From a virus: 64,000 nucleotides of DNA. The stretch covers positions 33,368-97,367 of IMG/VR virus record IMGVR_UViG_3300013132_000034; one strand, 5' to 3'. Positions 11,405 through 21,928 of the stretch are shown in pieces; position 1 is the stretch's first letter; every line of letters starts with the position of its first letter. The notes beneath the pieces were generated by a model that did not search any database, was not told the DNA's origin, and worked only from the letters and a program-made list of their open reading frames with translations. Position numbers and translations under genes: made by a program.

Positions 11405-11875
11405 TTATTTAAAATTAAACCCATCATTATTTAATATGCCTGTAAGGTTTACTGATTCTAATCCTAGCTGTGGAACCGAGAGAGTTAGATTTATTAAATA
11501 GCTATTATCTTCTTCTTTTGCTACAATATTAACCTTAACAATCTTTACTCTTGATTCAAATGTGTTTATATTGTCAACAATAGTATCGCCTATAGTTTTT
11601 GCAGTAGATTCTGAAACTTGCTCAAATACAAAATTAGTTAAACCTATACCAAAATATGGATTTAGTAATTTTTCACCTCTATTAGTTAAAAATATGTTTC
11701 TTATACTATTTTTAATAGCATTAAGATCATAATCTACTTTTAAATCAATTAGTTCGCTCTTCTTTAAAAATTCTGAATTTTGTGTATATTTGTAATCAAA
11801 ATCTAGTCTTAAATCAGCATATTTAATATCGTTTTTCTGAACAACGTTGGCGAGACTATCGATTTTTATACTCAT
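11405..11875 (-). CDS. Baseplate wedge subunit gp25-like
   Basis: AIKNSIRNIFLTNRGEKLLNPYFG...FESRV (GPW/gp25 family motif). Confidence 0.9.
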   Translation of the reverse strand: MSIKIDSLANVVQKNDIKYADLRLDFDYKYTQNSEFLKKSELIDLKVDYDLNAIKNSIRNIFLTNRGEKLLNPYFGIGLTNFVFEQVSESTAKTIGDTIVDNINTFESRVKIVKVNIVAKEEDNSYLINLTLSVPQLGLESVNLTGILNNDGFNFK

Positions 11876-11936
11876 ATAATATATTTAGTATAAATTAGTA
11901 TATACAAAATTAATTTTCAAAACATAAATATATATA

Positions 11937-12530
11937 ATGAAAAGAAGATTTAACTCTCTCTATGAGACATACAAGCAAAAATTTACTAGCGGTGGGTTTC
12001 TATATGGTTCAACTGTAAAATTAAAAGACACATTCTTTAAATCAGATTTCTATAAAGGTCAAACACAAGAATATCAAGATTTGCTAAAATCTTGGACTCA
12101 ATCTGATTTGCTACTACGGGTAACTGGTGTAAAGCCTGTGAGACCTACTACACAAGGCGCTGGTAATGCAGAAATAACAGGTAGTGAATTTGATGTAGAT
12201 ATAACACAAGAAATAGCCCCGGGTAGATATGTAGATTATGTAACTGTTCCGGGTGTATATTTACAGCCTTATGGCAATGGCATTAATTTACCTAAAATTC
12301 CCGATTCATTAAAGAGAAACGATAAAGTTCAAATTAAACCTGAAGTTGAAAAACCTGAAGATGAACAACAAGTACAACATACAGTAACTTCTGATGATGG
12401 TAAAGGTAAGCTTATTAAGGGTGATAGAAAATTGGTTAACAAAAACATCAAGATACCTGCTTCGCCAGATGTTAGTGCAAAATCACCATCAGTTGCAAGC
12501 TATACGCACAAGTATTTACCTAAGCGCTAA
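11937..12530 (+). CDS. Hypothetical late protein with capsid-targeting-like N-terminus
   Basis: 197-aa ORF starting MKRRFNSLYETY; TAAATA 6 nt upstream. Confidence 0.7.
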   Translation: MKRRFNSLYETYKQKFTSGGFLYGSTVKLKDTFFKSDFYKGQTQEYQDLLKSWTQSDLLLRVTGVKPVRPTTQGAGNAEITGSEFDVDITQEIAPGRYVDYVTVPGVYLQPYGNGINLPKIPDSLKRNDKVQIKPEVEKPEDEQQVQHTVTSDDGKGKLIKGDRKLVNKNIKIPASPDVSAKSPSVASYTHKYLPKR

Positions 12531-13455
12531 GTAGTTCTTCTAATCCTATACAGCAGCTATAAAAATTTATTTCCTGATCTACTACGAAACTGCTTCTATA
12601 TAAATGCTCTGAAACAACGAGTAGCGCTTTTTTGCTTTTTTCAAAGTTATAATTTAAATTATCATTTATATAATTAAAAAGATCTCTCAACAAGCTAACA
12701 TAATCACCTTGAAACTTATCTTCATTTTCAATCCAATATTTTCTACCTATATTAGATCTTTTAGTTTTTATAAATTCAATAATTTTTAATACCAATTCAT
12801 TATTAATAGCAATATTAGGTATTTTTAACTCGCCGCCCAAACAGTGTTTTTGTATCTCATTAATAATTTTTCTAAAATCAGGGTACAATTTTTTAATTAA
12901 TAAGACTACATCTCTCTTTTGCTCATCATTTAGTTTAATGTTTTCATTCTTTAGTATATAAAGAATTCTTTTAGCCATACCTTCAAGAGGTGGGGTTATA
13001 TTAAAATCTTGACAACGACTTATTAGCGCGTTTATAATCTTATGCTTATAGTTACAAGTCAAGACAAACCGAGTATTAAAAGAATATTCTTCCATGGTAT
13101 TCCGAAGCGCTTTTTGCGCCTCTAGGCTAATACCATCTACTTCATCGAGTATGATTACTTTTAATTTACCATCTAAACTCTTAGTTTTAGAAAAACCTAC
13201 TACTTTATTCCTTATTGTATCTATGCCATTTTCATCACTTGCATTAATATACAAATATTGACAACATAAAATATCGTTTACTATAATTTTAGCTAAAGAA
13301 GTTTTACCTATACCTTGAATACCTGCTAATAATATATTTGGAATCTCAAGTTTATCTTTAAAAGACGAAGCAAGCTTTCTAGCTTCATCAGTTAAAACAA
13401 TATCATCAAGTGTTTTAGGTCTGTATTTTTCTATCCAAAGATTATTAAAGTTCAT
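12520..13455 (-). CDS. Clamp loader AAA+ subunit (gp44/RFC-like)
   Basis: WIEKYRP, Walker A GIQGIGKT, INASDENGID, IILDEVD, SRC motif. Confidence 0.95.
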   Translation of the reverse strand: MNFNNLWIEKYRPKTLDDIVLTDEARKLASSFKDKLEIPNILLAGIQGIGKTSLAKIIVNDILCCQYLYINASDENGIDTIRNKVVGFSKTKSLDGKLKVIILDEVDGISLEAQKALRNTMEEYSFNTRFVLTCNYKHKIINALISRCQDFNITPPLEGMAKRILYILKNENIKLNDEQKRDVVLLIKKLYPDFRKIINEIQKHCLGGELKIPNIAINNELVLKIIEFIKTKRSNIGRKYWIENEDKFQGDYVSLLRDLFNYINDNLNYNFEKSKKALLVVSEHLYRSSFVVDQEINFYSCCIGLEELLSA

Positions 13456-13886
13456 TTACCAGATGATCCAAAGCCTTTTTCACCTCTATTAGATTCAACA
13501 ATTTGTTCTGTAAATGTTGGTGTATAATTTGGTGCTAACTTATATAAAACAAACTGAGCAATTCTATCTCCCTTTGTTACCTTATAATCTATACCAGTGA
13601 AATTGTATAGCTTAATACCTGCATCTCCTCTATAACCGTTATCTATAATACCTGGGTGCGCAAATATACCAAATTTAAATCCTAATCCACTTCTTGATTC
13701 AACCTTTATCCAATAGCTTGTTGGTATAGATGCAAATTTTAAGCCAACATCAACTACAGCTGATTGCAGAGCTGGGATTATCTTATCTTCAACACAATAT
13801 ACATCGTAACCGGAATCATCAGCATTGTTTTTAGAGGGTAACTTTGCGTCCGGGTGAGTTTTTATAAAAGATAATAGATCGGTCAT
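13452..13886 (-). CDS. dut: Trimeric dUTPase
   Basis: DSGYDV, RSGLG, GIIDNGYRG, GDRIAQ, RGEKGFGSSG motifs. Confidence 0.97.
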   Translation of the reverse strand: MTDLLSFIKTHPDAKLPSKNNADDSGYDVYCVEDKIIPALQSAVVDVGLKFASIPTSYWIKVESRSGLGFKFGIFAHPGIIDNGYRGDAGIKLYNFTGIDYKVTKGDRIAQFVLYKLAPNYTPTFTEQIVESNRGEKGFGSSGK

Positions 13887-13892
13887 ACTAAT

Positions 13893-13920
13893 ATTGTAAC
13901 TTTTACTTTTAATAATTCAA
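13893..13920 (-). promoter_or_regulatory. Sigma70-type promoter for dut/gp44
   Basis: TTGAAT(13920-13915)-16 nt-TACAAT(13898-13893)-6 nt-ATG. Confidence 0.7.
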
Positions 13921-13934
13921 CATAAATATATTAT

Positions 13935-14417
13935 ATGTCAGAAGATAACGGAGATATTGACGATATTATAGATGCTTTGAAAGAGAAAAATAGCGAGATA
14001 AAGAAAGAGGTGAGAAAATCAGCTAATAAAGATAATTTAGAAGAATATGTTATTGAGAGTGCTAGTACTGTAATCAATGAAGGTCTAGATTTAATTAAAA
14101 ACTTGGGTGTGTTTTTAAATGCGGCACCTGATGCAAAAGATCTGTCTGCATATTCAGAGCTATTGCAAGCTACGTCAACAGCAATAGAATCGTTAAATAA
14201 AATTATAATTCAAAACAAGAAAGGCGAAACATTAAAAGAGCTCAAAAAGATGGATTATGAACAAAGAAGAGATCTATTGGGTGATGCAAAGGAAGCATTA
14301 ATTAGCACGCGAGAAGAAATTTTTAAAAAAATGATTAAAAATGTTGAGATTATTGATATATCAGCCCAGACCACCGACAATATTTTGAGTGGTTCCGCAG
14401 ACAACAGTGTTAAGTAA
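13935..14417 (+). CDS. Putative small terminase subunit (gp16-like)
   Basis: Size and helical pattern (..VINEGLDLIKNL...AYSELLQA...LNKI...ISTREEIFKKM) resemble T4-type gp16; late TAAATA box 6 nt upstream. Confidence 0.55.
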   Translation: MSEDNGDIDDIIDALKEKNSEIKKEVRKSANKDNLEEYVIESASTVINEGLDLIKNLGVFLNAAPDAKDLSAYSELLQATSTAIESLNKIIIQNKKGETLKELKKMDYEQRRDLLGDAKEALISTREEIFKKMIKNVEIIDISAQTTDNILSGSADNSVK

Positions 14418-15950
14418 ATCTTTAGTAGTATTTTCTAAAGTTGCAAGAAGAGTATCTTGAAGCTGATTTAACGCGTCAGTTCTTGAATCTGCTGCTGCAC
14501 CGGGGTTATCAAATAATGAACCCAAGGAGAACGGTGGTAATGGTAAATTCATACCAAATATACTGCTTACAGAAGAAAGATCAATGCCGTTTATTGCATT
14601 TAATAATCCCTGTATAGCATCTCCGTCGGTCTCTTCAAAAGTTATATTAAAAGGATTTATTTTTTTCAATTCTTCAAATAAATCAAAATCAGAAGATGAA
14701 GCGGAAGAAAAGTTTGTTAGTGGATCTTCATTACCATTAAAGGCAGCTAAAGCACCGCCCATGCCAATACAATCAGTAATGCTTGAAGACCATGATGGAG
14801 CTTGATATGCGGGATATGCTATCGTACCATCGTAATGACTGAAACTCTTGGGTAGATTTGTATCTGATTTTTCAGCGTTTTCAGAAGCCTGCTCGTTGGA
14901 TGTTGTTTTGGGTTCTTCTTGTATCCCCGCATAATTGGTAACGTTTTTATCTGTATTATTCTCAGACAATTCGGCCTTACTAATACTCGAGAATAATTCT
15001 CTTGGATTTAATTCTTCTAATCTGCTAAATAAATTGTTTTTATATAATTTATCTAGTTCCTCAGTTGTTTTTTGTTTTAAATTTATTGTTTCGACAGCTT
15101 GTGTAGAAAGAACACTATCGTTAAAATATCGACTTTTTAAATATTTTATTTTATTGCTAAGCAAATCTACTTCTTTATCTACTTTTTCAACTTGCAATCT
15201 GAATGAATATTGCGTTACATAACTTAAATTTTGTGAATAATCTCTGTAATTTAAAGCTTCATTATCATTTATATTACAATATCTTAACAAAACTTTTATT
15301 TCATTCTTAAATAAATCTAAAAGTTTATCTACTGTTTTCTTTTTAATTTCAGAAACAGTTCTTGTGTAGTAACCCTCGTCAGTAACTAAATTAGTTCCGT
15401 GAGCAGTTTTAGATAAAGAAGAAGAATCAATGGGCTGTACTAACATTATATTGCTCCTATACATATTGTTTGTTCTAAAGCTAAAGCGTTGAAGAATTTG
15501 CTTTGTCCAGGGTGAAATTTTATTAATAGAATTATAGGAAAGGTAAAGTGGTGGCGGGGTTCTATTCATAGACCAGTCTGATATTGGGCTAATACTATCA
15601 TCAATAAGATAAGAAGCGTTAGTAAATTTACCAATACTATCGCTTTCTAATAATAAAGAAGATAGTTTAATTTCAGATTTTATATAATCTGGACTTGATT
15701 TAAATATTTCGTACCAATAAGACACGAAATCACTATCAAATTTGTCAAAATAATTTTGTAATTTATTAAAAAATTCTATTCTAGCTTCTACACTATCATT
15801 TTTAAAAAATGTAGATCTATAATTAAGAGATGTTTCTATTTGTTCAATAAATTTAGATAAAATAGTTAAATAGTTCGAATATTTTTCAAGTATGTATTTA
15901 GATGACGCTAAATTTATATCACAAATTTGTGGTATAATAGTTTTAATCAT
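14361..15950 (-). CDS. Hypothetical protein in the baseplate hub cluster
   Basis: 529-aa ORF coupled (ATGA) to the upstream hub gene; no recognisable motif. Confidence 0.7.
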   Translation of the reverse strand: MIKTIIPQICDINLASSKYILEKYSNYLTILSKFIEQIETSLNYRSTFFKNDSVEARIEFFNKLQNYFDKFDSDFVSYWYEIFKSSPDYIKSEIKLSSLLLESDSIGKFTNASYLIDDSISPISDWSMNRTPPPLYLSYNSINKISPWTKQILQRFSFRTNNMYRSNIMLVQPIDSSSLSKTAHGTNLVTDEGYYTRTVSEIKKKTVDKLLDLFKNEIKVLLRYCNINDNEALNYRDYSQNLSYVTQYSFRLQVEKVDKEVDLLSNKIKYLKSRYFNDSVLSTQAVETINLKQKTTEELDKLYKNNLFSRLEELNPRELFSSISKAELSENNTDKNVTNYAGIQEEPKTTSNEQASENAEKSDTNLPKSFSHYDGTIAYPAYQAPSWSSSITDCIGMGGALAAFNGNEDPLTNFSSASSSDFDLFEELKKINPFNITFEETDGDAIQGLLNAINGIDLSSVSSIFGMNLPLPPFSLGSLFDNPGAAADSRTDALNQLQDTLLATLENTTKDLLNTVVCGTTQNIVGGLG

Positions 15951-17542
15951 AAAACAACCTCATTATTATTAGGATTTGAAAATGAATATGTTTTGATAGC
16001 TGTAATTTCATTTTCATATGAACCGCTTCTAAATATATGGTTTATTTCAACTAAAAAGTATGTTCCTAGAAATTTATCATCAAATTTATTACTAGGTTGA
16101 GATGAATCCCTATCAATAGATACAAATCTACCTGCTTGTCTCACCGTAAGACCGGGCGCAATAAAATTAATAGTATTATTTAAAAATAGTGCTTTTTTCA
16201 TTACTTCATTTCTTCCTGAAGATAACCTTTGATCTCTATCGTTAGAAACACTAAATGTACAATCATAATTTCTATTATTAATTCTATATTCATTCTTTGT
16301 CAATGTAGAAAACCCCGCATTACTGCTACCTTTAAAATTTTTAACATAATTTTGATAAAAAACATCAAGAATTCTTTCAAATTGATTTTCTTGAACATCA
16401 ATATTAAAAGTTTTGTTGTAAAAGTCATAGCTAAAAACTTGTTTTGTCGTTATGTAATGCTGTACATCAAATCCTGCAGAAGGAAAAAATTTATATTTTT
16501 GTATTTGTGAATAATCTGGTAAAAATGCGCTGTTTTTAGTGCTAATAGGTGTACGCGTAATATTATTAAAATTACTTACATTTGAATCACTATAACTGCC
16601 TACTAAAAATTTTTCAATATGTAATGGCCCTCCTTCATCTGCTCTTAAATTTCCTTGCCGAGTATAAGCGTTTTCAAAATAAGATTTTAGTGATTTGTAC
16701 GAAAACTCATTTGTATATCTCTCTTTTCTTAAAATACAAAAATCATAATTATTAGATGGGCTACTTACATGAACTGAATCTATGTATTTATAATCATCAT
16801 ATGCGCATGAATTTACTGGAGACGAATAAAAAATATTTGTTGATCCTTCATCAAATTCAGCAAATTTTAATTTAAACCCTTCATTACTTGGAAATGTTTC
16901 TAATAAAATATTTTTTATAGCTGTGCCAGTTTTTATAGATCTTTCGGAATTGTCTAAATTTATAACATCAGGTTTAGTTATATAATTAGAAGTAGTAAAA
17001 TCTATGTTTTTTTCTAACATTATTTGATATGAATAATCCCAAAAATGTAATTTTTTAAATTTTTCATCGTTTGTATTGCCTGTAATATCTTCTATATCAT
17101 ATATAGCAAAAACATATTTTAATCTCCAAATTTTGTTTATTTTTTCACCATAATTATAATTTAATTCATTGTCTATTTTTGGGCATATATCTACTATTAA
17201 ATAATCTCTCGCATCTCCTCTAAAAGAAAATGGTAAAATATTTTTAGAAGAATTTTGATTAAATTCTTTTTTAGGCAAATAATAATCTTGAGAAGCATCC
17301 GATGTTTCTGTAGTTATTTTTTCAATTGCGTCCAAGTCGTTTTTAAATATTAATGTTCCTTTATGAAAAGCGTTTAATAAATTATCATTTATAATAAGCT
17401 CAACAACAGATTGTGTTTTTAATCTTACAAACTCTTCATTTGCATTGTATAGTATTAAATCATAATAATATTCAGTATTATCTGCAAATCTATATATATT
17501 ATCAGTATCAGGTGAGGGCAGTGTAGTATTAAATGTACTCAT
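15947..17542 (-). CDS. Baseplate hub protein (gp27-like)
   Basis: C-terminal PG...RQAGRFVSI...KFLGTYFLVEINHIF...YENEITAIK is typical of hub proteins; position fits. Confidence 0.65.
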   Translation of the reverse strand: MSTFNTTLPSPDTDNIYRFADNTEYYYDLILYNANEEFVRLKTQSVVELIINDNLLNAFHKGTLIFKNDLDAIEKITTETSDASQDYYLPKKEFNQNSSKNILPFSFRGDARDYLIVDICPKIDNELNYNYGEKINKIWRLKYVFAIYDIEDITGNTNDEKFKKLHFWDYSYQIMLEKNIDFTTSNYITKPDVINLDNSERSIKTGTAIKNILLETFPSNEGFKLKFAEFDEGSTNIFYSSPVNSCAYDDYKYIDSVHVSSPSNNYDFCILRKERYTNEFSYKSLKSYFENAYTRQGNLRADEGGPLHIEKFLVGSYSDSNVSNFNNITRTPISTKNSAFLPDYSQIQKYKFFPSAGFDVQHYITTKQVFSYDFYNKTFNIDVQENQFERILDVFYQNYVKNFKGSSNAGFSTLTKNEYRINNRNYDCTFSVSNDRDQRLSSGRNEVMKKALFLNNTINFIAPGLTVRQAGRFVSIDRDSSQPSNKFDDKFLGTYFLVEINHIFRSGSYENEITAIKTYSFSNPNNNEVVL

Positions 17543-17549
17543 ATTAAAA

Positions 17550-17921
17550 TTAAAGTTTTAATTTTATTTCATCAAGTATAAATTTTATAAATTCAGTACG
17601 AATTATTTTAAGGTTTGTACCTATTTCAGCTAAGCTGATAGGATCATTAATCTTATTAACAAGGCATATTAGCCACCATAAATCCATTGTTTGATATTCA
17701 TTAAAACTTATCATAGACCAGGGCATTTTTTGTGAAACTAGTATATTATAATAAATTGATGGGTTTATATCGTCAGGAAGTTGAATAGTGTTTAAAATAT
17801 TATAATAAAATTGTTTATTATTAGTAGTATAAATTTTGAATATATTCTCATATCTAGTAGGGCTAATTTTTGGTAGCTCCTCTATATTATTCTGATACTC
17901 GCCTTTTTGATTGGTATCCAT
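17550..17921 (-). CDS. Baseplate wedge gp53-like (LysM-like)
   Basis: PWSMISFNEYQTMDLWWLICLVNKINDP...GTNLKI. Confidence 0.85.
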   Translation of the reverse strand: MDTNQKGEYQNNIEELPKISPTRYENIFKIYTTNNKQFYYNILNTIQLPDDINPSIYYNILVSQKMPWSMISFNEYQTMDLWWLICLVNKINDPISLAEIGTNLKIIRTEFIKFILDEIKLKL

Positions 17922-17922
17922 T

Positions 17923-19230
17923 TTATGTATTTATTCTGTTAGAATAATTGGGTAGCGATGCAGGCAACCCATTAATATTGTTTTCTAATGATAAATTAGT
18001 ACCGCCTGATGCTAAAATAGAATTTCTTTGAATATCTGTAATATTGCCAAGATTTGCAAATCCACCATTTGTAGTACTTGTTGAGACAAGTGATCTCTTT
18101 TCATAAAGCATTGAATATAAGAAATTTCTAGTTTCAGCAACTAAGCTTGACATAGTAATAGAAATTTTGTACGCATCTGGAACTATAGTTTCGAAACTTT
18201 CTAAATTAGATAAGGTCTGCCCATTCTCTCCTAATTGTGGTATTGGTAGTTTCATAGTTCTTCTTGCTCCTAAAAATTCTACAGATAATTTTTTAATGTA
18301 TGCGTAAGGTGTATATTTAACCCCAGGTATCATTACTTCATAAATAACACAAGGCTCGATAATATCTCTTGAGATTCTTGTTGGTCTATTTTGATATATA
18401 AGTAAAAATACTAATTGCCAATTTCTTACTACATCTATAAAAGTAGCGTTAGCAGTATTAAGCAGTGGGAACTCAAAACTAAAATCATCACCACCATCGG
18501 CAAATTGAAACATTTTTGTTCTTTCAATGTAAGTACCGGGTTCTTTGATATTAATTAAATCAATACCTGCTTTAATAAAAGCTCCTAAACCTGATGCTAA
18601 TTCAGCAAATGCACTATTATCTAAATCACCAAATGTATTTGTTAAATCATTATTTAAATTTTCAAAATAAGGTATATTATATTTCCAACCGGTATTTTCC
18701 GTTAAATAGAGACCATCATAAGGTGATAAAACTCCATTATACTGTCCTCCAAGCCCCACTTTGTTTACAATTTTTGAAACGCCTTCTTTTAAATAATTAA
18801 CTGAATTTGTAATATTAGAACCTAGACCACCTAGTACACTTGCTCCTGTACCAGTAAGTCTTGAGCTTTGCTCAGAAAAAAACTTACCCACTTCTGAAGA
18901 CACATCACCAACTTTACTTACGCCAGTAGCAACACTATAAAATGCCTGGTTTACTATAGCATTTACATTAATTTTTTTTTCTATTAATTCAATTCTAGGA
19001 ACCTCTGCTCTATATAACTGATTTGTTTGGCTTTTATAATTTTGTATAGTCCAATAAAAAGAATTTACTACATCAACATTATATGGAGAGCGAAATGAAT
19101 TTCTTAAAAAATTAGGGCTTAATGAATTTGTTGTTTTGTTATTGGCTGGTATTAATAAAGGTGGGGCGCTTTTGTAGACTTTAGTTCTATTAAGGTCTTG
19201 TGAAAAAGTCCATAAATATGATGCGGCCAT
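17923..19230 (-). CDS. Baseplate tail-tube cap gp48-like
   Basis: FSFEFPL...PCVIYEV...YIKKLSVEF...VPDAYKISITM tube-fold motif; start moved to ATG 19230, 6 nt after TAAATA. Confidence 0.6.
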   Translation of the reverse strand: MAASYLWTFSQDLNRTKVYKSAPPLLIPANNKTTNSLSPNFLRNSFRSPYNVDVVNSFYWTIQNYKSQTNQLYRAEVPRIELIEKKINVNAIVNQAFYSVATGVSKVGDVSSEVGKFFSEQSSRLTGTGASVLGGLGSNITNSVNYLKEGVSKIVNKVGLGGQYNGVLSPYDGLYLTENTGWKYNIPYFENLNNDLTNTFGDLDNSAFAELASGLGAFIKAGIDLINIKEPGTYIERTKMFQFADGGDDFSFEFPLLNTANATFIDVVRNWQLVFLLIYQNRPTRISRDIIEPCVIYEVMIPGVKYTPYAYIKKLSVEFLGARRTMKLPIPQLGENGQTLSNLESFETIVPDAYKISITMSSLVAETRNFLYSMLYEKRSLVSTSTTNGGFANLGNITDIQRNSILASGGTNLSLENNINGLPASLPNYSNRINT

Positions 19231-19250
19231 ATACAATATTTATAACAAAG

Positions 19251-21128
19251 TTAATTTGCTAGTACGCTTTGACGCCAAGATGTTACGCCACCAGGGGAAG
19301 TCATGTTTACTACGCTTTGATTGTTAACATTTGTTGCAACGTTGTTATTTGGTTGAATTTTTTCGAGATAATTCTTAGTTTCAGTCATAATCTCTAACTG
19401 CTTTTGTAATATTTCTATCATCCTATCATTACTATCAGAAATAGAAGAAAGATGATCAGTACTTTCTGATTCCTGGTCATCTCCAACAGTTTCAGCATAT
19501 TGCTCTTCATTAGTTTCAAAATCAGGCTCTTTTTCAACAATATATTCAGGTGTTTCTTCTTCTTTCTCTACATTTACTTCTTCAGGCTTATTTTCTTCAC
19601 CGCCAAATAAACCTGAGAAAATTCCTTTCTTATTTTCTGCTGACTCTTCTTGTTTTTTCTCCGGAACGGGTTTATCTTCTCTTTCCTTCATATCACCTGA
19701 AACCCAACCAACTATTTTCTTAACCCAATCAGGTGCTTTATCAAGCATTTCTTTAGCCCACCCTATAATATCTACATTAAAATGATCTTTAATAAATTTA
19801 AGCATAGTTCTCAAAGGCCACATAACGATATCTTGCGCTTTCTTTATAATTCCAAATAATTTGCCAGTAAAATCACCTTTAAAGAAATTTTCTACTTTCT
19901 TTTTAATATCTTCACCAAAAATTTTACCCGCTATCCATGTAGCTATTTTTCCAATACCTTGAAATATTAAATCGGGTACAGCAAGCAATATTCTCATAAC
20001 ACCTTCAACAATATTACCTTCAGAAAATGCATCGGTGATTTTATCAGTTAATTTCTTTATATTTTCAAAATTTAATATTCCTAAAGTAAAGAAACTTACT
20101 ATACCACCAAGTAACCCATCTAATACAGACTTAAATGATAGTCCTTGTTGCTTAACACTGCCAATAGTATTTGTAATAATATCGATAATTGCAATAACGG
20201 GGCCTAAAGCTCTGCCTATAATTTTACCAATTTTAAAAAGTGGCGTTTTTTTGAGCGCATTAAAAATTGTTTTTCCTAATCCGCCTACCATTTTTGCTAT
20301 ACGCATAAAAAAGCTAGCACCTTTTTGAACACTTGAGCCAATTCCGCTTAATGCCTTGCTTATTAATTTGATTGCGCTGCCTGCTTTACCTTCTCCTCTA
20401 AAGAAAGCGCCTATTTTTTTGAATAATTTACCTAGAAAGGATTCTTCACTAAAAAATGTTCTAATTTTTTTAAAGAGAGATGATTCTTTGATAGAAGCTA
20501 TTAAACCTCTCCATATACCTTCTAATTTTTTAAATAGCTTAGAATCTCTAAACATCTTAGCAATCCTGCTAGCTGCACTAACTATTTTACTTCTTAAAAC
20601 CATAAACGCATCTCTTAACCATTTAAAAACGTTAAGGCTACTAATTAATCTTCTTATTCTGTTAAACCAACTGCCAATAAATTCTATCAAACCAACTACA
20701 ATACCTGTTAATAGTGCAAGTAGTCCCCATAAAAAGTTTGTTTTCTTTTTCTCTTTCACTTCTTCTTCTTTTTTAGGTATTAAACCTGCAATTACATCTC
20801 TCAACATTTTAAATACTGCAGGGTTTACTTCTTCAATGCGCACTTTACTAACTGGTCCACCTATTTTCTTTGCGCCTGACTCAATGAGCTCAGCTGATTC
20901 TTCTTTTGAAACTTTGCTCTCGTTCGTACCACCCGCTAGTTTAGTTAAATAATCTTTAAATTCTTTTTTGATTAAATCTGCAAATGTTTTGAACTTTGCA
21001 TTTTTTGTTCTTCTAAATTCATCAACATAAAACGAATCATCTTGCATTTTAGCAATTTTTTCATTCATTTTTTCCAAAGCCATAGTTAAATTAGCTATAG
21101 CTTCAGCTACGTCAATATTATCCGCCAT
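19251..21128 (-). CDS. Tape-measure-like protein (gp29-like)
   Basis: 625 aa with hydrophobic segments, Trp/Phe-periodic amphipathic helices and C-terminal NNNVATNVNNQS; lies between gp26-like and gp48-like genes. Confidence 0.6.
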   Translation of the reverse strand: MADNIDVAEAIANLTMALEKMNEKIAKMQDDSFYVDEFRRTKNAKFKTFADLIKKEFKDYLTKLAGGTNESKVSKEESAELIESGAKKIGGPVSKVRIEEVNPAVFKMLRDVIAGLIPKKEEEVKEKKKTNFLWGLLALLTGIVVGLIEFIGSWFNRIRRLISSLNVFKWLRDAFMVLRSKIVSAASRIAKMFRDSKLFKKLEGIWRGLIASIKESSLFKKIRTFFSEESFLGKLFKKIGAFFRGEGKAGSAIKLISKALSGIGSSVQKGASFFMRIAKMVGGLGKTIFNALKKTPLFKIGKIIGRALGPVIAIIDIITNTIGSVKQQGLSFKSVLDGLLGGIVSFFTLGILNFENIKKLTDKITDAFSEGNIVEGVMRILLAVPDLIFQGIGKIATWIAGKIFGEDIKKKVENFFKGDFTGKLFGIIKKAQDIVMWPLRTMLKFIKDHFNVDIIGWAKEMLDKAPDWVKKIVGWVSGDMKEREDKPVPEKKQEESAENKKGIFSGLFGGEENKPEEVNVEKEEETPEYIVEKEPDFETNEEQYAETVGDDQESESTDHLSSISDSNDRMIEILQKQLEIMTETKNYLEKIQPNNNVATNVNNQSVVNMTSPGGVTSWRQSVLAN

Positions 21129-21142
21129 AAGTATACAAATAC

Positions 21143-21919
21143 TTATTCGTTACTAAAGAATGCGGCGTCTAAATTTATAATATATTCTTTGTTATTTTGA
21201 TTAAATGATAGATATTTCTTTTCGAATGATCTGATCTCTTCAATGTAGTCTAAAATTTGCTTATTAACATCAGCCGTAACATTTTCTAATAATTTAACTT
21301 GCTGAGATACACTTAAATCGTTGAACTCAACCTTACTAACATCAGAAATTTCAATAAAATCTATAAATTTAGCTATTTCATAAACAAATAATTCACCAAT
21401 AATATCTTTTAATGCATTGTCTTTTTCAATTAGGTGTGAAAGGTTTTTAGTAATTTCTTTATTAACTTTATTATCTACTGGTAGAGTAGGTATTTTTAAG
21501 CCAACTTTAAGAGTTTCGACGGTTATAATTTTTTCACTAACAACATCAAGAGGCAAAGCCGTGTTAACTACGGTATCTATATCAAACACACCGGCCTCGT
21601 CATTTAAATCTTCGGTTCTAATTGCATTTGATATCTTTGTACCAAAAATATCTTTTCTCAAAGCAATAGCAATTGACGGGCGATCAGATACTAATAATTT
21701 TTGTGTTTGGTCTTCCCTGTTTTCAAGAATAATAGTATTTAAAACTGTATTAAACGAAACACCCGGTATTGCCTTATCAAGAGATGCTTTAATAATTTCT
21801 TTTTGCTGCTTGATATTGAGTGGCTTAAATTTAGCAATTGAATTTATAGAAGGTACAAAAATGTCAAGTGTTTTCTTGTTAAGTTCTTGTAATTTTTGCA
21901 GTAGAAGTTCTGAACTCAT
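21143..21919 (-). CDS. Baseplate hub assembly protein (gp26-like)
   Basis: IFVPS...KFKPLNIKQQKEII motif. Confidence 0.65.
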   Translation of the reverse strand: MSSELLLQKLQELNKKTLDIFVPSINSIAKFKPLNIKQQKEIIKASLDKAIPGVSFNTVLNTIILENREDQTQKLLVSDRPSIAIALRKDIFGTKISNAIRTEDLNDEAGVFDIDTVVNTALPLDVVSEKIITVETLKVGLKIPTLPVDNKVNKEITKNLSHLIEKDNALKDIIGELFVYEIAKFIDFIEISDVSKVEFNDLSVSQQVKLLENVTADVNKQILDYIEEIRSFEKKYLSFNQNNKEYIINLDAAFFSNE

Positions 21920-21928
21920 TTATTATAT